Shown here: positions 59,730 through 64,000 of the stretch, in pieces
How positions within the stretch are numbered: position 1 is the stretch's first letter
Layout of the letters: every line of letters begins with the position of its first letter
NCBI GenBank assembly: GCA_944363735.1
Contig: CALVVB010000063.1
Span: 11,296-75,295, forward strand
Origin: an uncultured Bacilli bacterium
Lineage (GTDB): Bacteria > Bacillota_I > Bacilli_A > RF39 > UBA660
DNA: 64,000 nt
Reading direction: 5' to 3'
Notes under the pieces: model-generated
Told to the model about the DNA's origin: nothing
The model's input: only the letters and a program-made list of their open reading frames with translations
Database searches by the model: none
Made by a program: the position numbers and the translations under genes

Positions 59730-60158
59730 TTACCTACTTAAACGATTCCTTCTTTTAAAAACTTTAGCACTGCTTCCAATACTATCAACTACTCTTCTAT
59801 TCATTTCATTTATTAGTGTAGAGTCTAATGTTTCTTCACCCACACTGTTTAAAAATTGATGATATGAGTGAGCTATTTTATATTGAGTTAAAAATATAGC
59901 AAGATTCTCATCGGTTAAATTTGTAAGAAGTGCTTCTTTTTCTTGTCTTATTGTTCTATAACTTGCTTGTAATATTTCATAACAAGTAGTATCTTCAGTT
60001 GTTAAATTTGTAATTTGTGAAATAATACTTCTTTCACTTCTTGCTGATATGTCAGAAACTAGTTCAATAGTTTTTACAGTTTCCATACACGGTATTGATT
60101 CTTGACGTTCAAAATAACCATCAATTTTATATATTTGTTCTACTACTTTTGATTTCAC
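59730..60158 (-). CDS. hypothetical protein (paralog of the 60222-60635 product)
   Basis: 142 aa. Shares the METVKTIELVSDI / MDYVKTLELIRDV block and a basic C-terminal tail with its neighbour. Confidence 0.5.
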   Translation of the reverse strand: MKSKVVEQIYKIDGYFERQESIPCMETVKTIELVSDISARSERSIISQITNLTTEDTTCYEILQASYRTIRQEKEALLTNLTDENLAIFLTQYKIAHSYHQFLNSVGEETLDSTLINEMNRRVVDSIGSSAKVFKRRNRLSR

Positions 60159-60221
60159 ATTAATTCCCCCCTTCTTATTATTTTCTTAAGTATTTTATTT
60201 TTCATTTCTTTCTTTATAAAA

Positions 60222-60635
60222 TTACATTTTACGACTTGTTATTACTTTTTGAAACTGTTCATGTCTTCTATTTATATTATTTTTAAGTTTGTGATGTTCA
60301 CTAAATTTAAGTCCTCTCTCAATTTCTACGATATCCTTGTACTGTTCTATTACTAAACTTAATGAATCTAGGGTTAAATCATCTAACGCTGGTTCCATTT
60401 CACTTAATACTAAATCATAATGTCTGTAAAATTCATCTGGTAATGAATGATGTTTATCACGTAACCAAGTAACAACATCTCTTATTAATTCAAGTGTCTT
60501 AACATAATCCATAGCAGGTAAATCTCTTTCTGTTTGTAACTTGATTTCATTTTGTAATAATTGTCTATCTAAAGTTTTTTCTTTAGTGTTTTCTTTTTTT
60601 AAATTAATGTTAAATACATCTGATTCTTCAAACAT
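60222..60635 (-). CDS. hypothetical protein (paralog pair)
   Basis: 137 aa with RBS aaggagg. Has its own TTGCAT-N17-TATAAT promoter at 60662-60690. Confidence 0.5.
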   Translation of the reverse strand: MFEESDVFNINLKKENTKEKTLDRQLLQNEIKLQTERDLPAMDYVKTLELIRDVVTWLRDKHHSLPDEFYRHYDLVLSEMEPALDDLTLDSLSLVIEQYKDIVEIERGLKFSEHHKLKNNINRRHEQFQKVITSRKM

Positions 60636-60691
60636 TTACACTCCTCCTTAAAGGTGCTTATATTATACACTATTTTCTAAAAAAATGCAAG

Positions 60692-60879
60692 AAAAAAAGT
60701 CCAAAGAAACGTTTTGGATCTACGATAAAACCTATACTTATGTACAGGTGGGTGTATATAGTCAGTTCTTAGGATCCCTAACCAGTGGAAAGGTCTTCAA
60801 CACGAACGTGACAATCATCAATACTCCCTTATCGTCTCTTTAGTCGGTTTTATACTAAGTCATCCGCATCAATTTCTTT
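60692..60879 (-). ncRNA. candidate free-standing structured sRNA of about 188 nt (rod-like, 6S-like fold)
   Basis: Promoter ATTCAA-N16-TATAAT, with the -10 at 60885-60890. Terminator tccaaa/tttgga plus T7 at 60692-60720. Hand fold: the 5' and 3' ends form an 11-bp closing stem, followed by an 8-bp helix, a 17x17-nt internal loop and then a 7/8-bp helix. The next gene has its own promoter. Confidence 0.5.
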
Positions 60880-60911
60880 AGACAATTATAGTATATCACA
60901 GTTATTTTGAA

Positions 60912-62222
60912 TTATTCAATATTTTCTAGTGCTTTTGTAAAATTTTCAATCAAATGAGATACCGTTGCACAGCCCATAAAGGCAACTACTCCATCTTTAT
61001 CTTTTACTACTTTGTTAACAGTATTATCATCTATTAATTCACTACCTGGTATAAGTTCTATTATATCTTCTGATTTAATTTTAGGATAGTCATTTGGATT
61101 TTCTCTATCACATTTAATTGGTGTTAAATAAACTTTATCGGCTATAGATAGAGCCTCTGCAAATTCATTTTTAAAGTGTGAAGTTCTAGAATAAGTATTA
61201 GGACGAAAGACAACAGTTAATTTTCTATCAGGATACTTTTGTCTAATCGCTTCAAGAGTTACTTTAATCTCAGTTGGATGGTGAGCATAGTCATCTACTA
61301 TAATAGTATTGCCAATAATAGTCTCTGCAAAACGACGATCAGCATTTTTAAAACTTGGTAATAACTCTTTTATTTTCTCTTTACTAACACCTTCATCTAA
61401 AGCACAGATTATGGCACCTACTGTATTCATAACCATATGATGTCCATATAAAGGAACAGTAAAAGTATCAATTAACTCATCTTTTTTATATAAGGTAAAA
61501 GTTGAACCAGTAGTTTCTAACTTAATATCTTTAATAATATAGTCATTAGATTCATCTTCTCCATAGAATATAACATCATTGTTAAAATTAATCTTTCTAA
61601 TATTTAGATCATCACCGTTTACAATAACATTTCTAGCTTTATTTGCAAACTTCTCAAATGTATTAATAGTATCTTCTAAATCTTTATAGATTTCAGTATG
61701 TTCTAGTTCAATACAAGTAATGATAGCAGTTGTAGGATGATAGGCAAGAAAATGACGATTAAACTCATCTGATTCTATTACTAGTAATTTATTTTTCATA
61801 TCAATATGGCCATTACCATCGCCAATAAAATAATTACAACCAACAGTATTTTCAAAAATATGTTTTAAAATAGAAGTGGTTGTTGTTTTACCATGAGTAC
61901 CACTAACTGAAATAGTATCAAACTCTTTAGTAATACTACCTACTACTTCATTATATGGTTTGAAAGATAAACCTAATTTTTTTACTCTCTTCATTTCAGA
62001 ATGATCATCACTAAAAGCACGAGATGCCGTTACAATAGTATCTTTATCTACTTTATGATTACCATCATAAAATATCTTTATACCACGATCATCTAGTCCT
62101 TTTTGTGTAAATTTATAATCTTTCGCATCATCATAGCCACTAACTTCATTGCCCATATCATATAACATCTGAGCTAGAGTACTCATGCCTGTTCCTTTTA
62201 TTCCTATACAATAATATTTCAT
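60912..62222 (-). CDS. murC: UDP-N-acetylmuramate--L-alanine ligase
   Basis: GIKGTGMSTLAQML, GTHGKTTTT and the overall Mur ligase layout. Confidence 0.95.
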   Translation of the reverse strand: MKYYCIGIKGTGMSTLAQMLYDMGNEVSGYDDAKDYKFTQKGLDDRGIKIFYDGNHKVDKDTIVTASRAFSDDHSEMKRVKKLGLSFKPYNEVVGSITKEFDTISVSGTHGKTTTTSILKHIFENTVGCNYFIGDGNGHIDMKNKLLVIESDEFNRHFLAYHPTTAIITCIELEHTEIYKDLEDTINTFEKFANKARNVIVNGDDLNIRKINFNNDVIFYGEDESNDYIIKDIKLETTGSTFTLYKKDELIDTFTVPLYGHHMVMNTVGAIICALDEGVSKEKIKELLPSFKNADRRFAETIIGNTIIVDDYAHHPTEIKVTLEAIRQKYPDRKLTVVFRPNTYSRTSHFKNEFAEALSIADKVYLTPIKCDRENPNDYPKIKSEDIIELIPGSELIDDNTVNKVVKDKDGVVAFMGCATVSHLIENFTKALENIE

Positions 62223-62374
62223 AAAACTTCCTTCTTTCTTTATTCATTATACCTTATGTTATATAGATTTTCAAATATACTTGAATTTATTATATATTTA
62301 TGATACTATGAATATGTAAAGAGAATTTACATATAATAAAAAATGAGGAATACCTAGTTTGCGTTTCGGGTGTT

Positions 62375-62425
62375 ACCTCTAAAAAATAGTGTAAACACCC
62401 TAATTACAATGTTGTAATAGGGTGT
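62375..62425 (-). terminator. terminator after the small peptide gene
   Basis: 14-bp stem acaccctattacaa/ttgtaattagggtgt starting 4 nt after the stop codon, followed by ttacactatttttt. Confidence 0.6.
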
Positions 62426-62429
62426 CTTT

Positions 62430-62504
62430 CTATCTAAAAATAATTAAGAGTATGATAATTATAATCAATGCTGAAATTAATAAATCCTTCTTATTCATAG
62501 ACAT
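62430..62504 (-). CDS. small hydrophobic peptide (22-24 aa), candidate type I toxin
   Basis: M(SM)NKKDLLISALIIIIILLIIFR with RBS aaagggga. TTGATT-N17-TATTAT promoter at 62581-62609, a 5' UTR of about 75-80 nt, and a strong terminator. Confidence 0.45.
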   Translation of the reverse strand: MSMNKKDLLISALIIIIILLIIFR

Positions 62505-62658
62505 TTCCCCTTTCTTCCCCTGAATAATAATAGAGTTACGAAAGAGGTAAGCTCACCCATACTAGGTATTCCTAGTAGATATAATAACATATCTAATATT
62601 ATAAATCAATCGAACATAATACAGAAAATTTGTTCTATAAAAAGGAAATGAGGTAACT

Positions 62659-63564
62659 ATGATAGATGTATATAAAAAATGTAATTTATGTCCTAGAAAG
62701 TGTTTAATAGATAGAACTAAAACTTTAGGATATTGTAAAGCGACTGATAAAGTTAAGGTTGCAAGAAGTGCCCTACACTATTTTGAAGAGCCTTCTATAT
62801 CTGGTACTAATGGTAGTGGTACTATCTTTTTTAGTAATTGTAATTTAAAGTGTTGTTATTGTCAGAATAAAGAGATATCTACTGATGGATTTGGAAAAGA
62901 AGTATCTATAGAAAGAATTTCAGAAATGATGCTAGAATTAGAAGAAAAACATGCTAACAACATTAATCTAGTTACTCCTACTCACTATGTTCCTAGTATT
63001 ATAGAAGCGATTAAACTAGCTAGAAGCAAAGGATTATCTATTCCTATTGTTTATAATACTAGTGGTTATGAGAATGTAGAAACATTAAAACTATTAGAGG
63101 GATATATTGATATTTATCTAACAGATTTTAAATATTTTGATAATAATTTAGGTAAAGACTTATCAAAATGTTCTAACTATTTTGAAGTAACATCTAAAGC
63201 ATTACAAGAAATGTATAGGCAAACAGGTAAAAATAAATTTAATGATGAGAGTCTAATGACTAAAGGTATTATTGTTAGATGTTTAGTCTTACCTACTAAA
63301 AGCGATGATACTAAAAAAATAATAAATTATTTATACAAAAAATACCAAGATAATATCTATCTTAGTATTATGAATCAATATACTCCAGTTAATCATATTA
63401 AAGACTATACCTTTTTAAATAAAACTGTTAGTGAAGATGAATATAATGAAGTAATAAATTATGCAATAGATTTAGGTATTAAAAATGCTTATATGCAAGA
63501 AGGTGGTACTTGTAGTGAATCATTTATACCTAGTTTTGACCTTGAAGGAGTTATAGAAAGATAA
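62659..63564 (+). CDS. radical SAM protein (PflX-like activase family)
   Basis: CNLKCCYCQN (CxxxCxxC) plus an N-terminal C..CPR.C cluster. Confidence 0.8.
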   Translation: MIDVYKKCNLCPRKCLIDRTKTLGYCKATDKVKVARSALHYFEEPSISGTNGSGTIFFSNCNLKCCYCQNKEISTDGFGKEVSIERISEMMLELEEKHANNINLVTPTHYVPSIIEAIKLARSKGLSIPIVYNTSGYENVETLKLLEGYIDIYLTDFKYFDNNLGKDLSKCSNYFEVTSKALQEMYRQTGKNKFNDESLMTKGIIVRCLVLPTKSDDTKKIINYLYKKYQDNIYLSIMNQYTPVNHIKDYTFLNKTVSEDEYNEVINYAIDLGIKNAYMQEGGTCSESFIPSFDLEGVIER

Positions 63565-64000
63565 CTCTTTTTGAATTTCACTTTCTAGTTTAGTATAAAC
63601 TTCATAATATAAATCTCTATTATTAGAATAAAAACTTTCTAAAACATCTTTATTATTATCTAAAAACTCTATTGTACTTTGATATTCTTTAACATTTACA
63701 TTATTCTCTTGTTTCCTTAATGATGGCATAAAAGCTCCTTTATTAAGTTCGTTAATAAACCAAGCAATATAACGATTATCTTCGTAATTATACTTAACAA
63801 TTCTTTTATCTACTAATTCTGGGAAGTGATCATTATCATCAATGGCATCAAAAACAATATGTTTATCACCATCTTTAATATAATTAATTACATGAGTTCC
63901 TAGTAATTTAGGAAATAATTTAGTATATATTAGTAATGTTTTCTCTTGATTACGAAATCTACTTGCATCATCTAATGACAGATTATAACAACTATAATTC
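63520..64000 (-). CDS. hypothetical protein (5' end runs off the window)
   Basis: The frame stays open from 64000 through the track ORF at 63520-63729: ...KHIVFDAIDDNDHFPELVDKRIVKYNYEDNRYIAWFINELNKGAFMPSLRK... An internal start at 63729 (behind aaggag) is also possible. Confidence 0.45.
   Translation of the reverse strand, partial: NYSCYNLSLDDASRFRNQEKTLLIYTKLFPKLLGTHVINYIKDGDKHIVFDAIDDNDHFPELVDKRIVKYNYEDNRYIAWFINELNKGAFMPSLRKQENNVNVKEYQSTIEFLDNNKDVLESFYSNNRDLYYEVYTKLESEIQKELSFYNSFKVKTRYK

Noticed and set aside
1-64000. CRISPR arrays, tRNA genes and rRNA genes.
   Set aside because: I saw no regularly spaced direct repeats, no T-loop/acceptor-like tRNA signatures (the only ggttcg/gttcgaa hits lie inside the TR or coding sequence) and no rRNA-like GC-balanced blocks.

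Overview
This is an AT-rich chromosomal window (roughly 27-30% GC by eye) from a spore-forming Firmicute, possibly Erysipelotrichia- or Clostridia-like; I cannot place it more precisely. Most of it is core and sporulation content: rumA-like, a gerA-type operon, ogt, miaA, mutL, uvrC, lepA, spoIIP, gpr, rpsT, rbgA, lepB, rplS, an M16 peptidase pair, deoD, rmuC, gerM-like, gerE, spoIIIAH-like, the ireB-ruvX-DUF1292-mltG-methyltransferase block, an ABC exporter pair and murC.

The main finding is a complete diversity-generating retroelement (DGR) at about 17.7-21.6 kb on the minus strand.
- It has a reverse transcriptase with the IGxxxSQ signature, an Avd-like ORF and one extra unknown ORF.
- Its roughly 85-nt template repeat contains 10 AAC codons.
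- One 624-aa membrane-anchored target protein carries two variable repeats, and these differ from the template almost only at template adenines.
- The DGR accessory operon sits behind a TTGACG-(T17+G)-TAAAAT promoter. The homopolymer spacer of that promoter is also the U-tract of the terminator that closes the TR transcript, so it may act as a slippage switch.
- A decayed, non-diversifiable paralog of the target lies at 45.8-47.4 kb.

Other accessory or unusual items:
- An AbiEi/AbiEii module bracketed by direct repeats.
- A duplicated leader unit around dinD, with one copy split by a 144-bp insertion flanked by 8-bp direct repeats.
- A free-standing sRNA of about 188 nt with a rod-like, 6S-like fold.
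- A 22-24 aa hydrophobic peptide gene that looks like a type I toxin.
- An IS3 remnant and an ATP-grasp remnant.

I found no rRNA, tRNA or CRISPR array. All folds, alignments and homology calls were made by eye from the sequence and from memory of protein families; nothing was searched.
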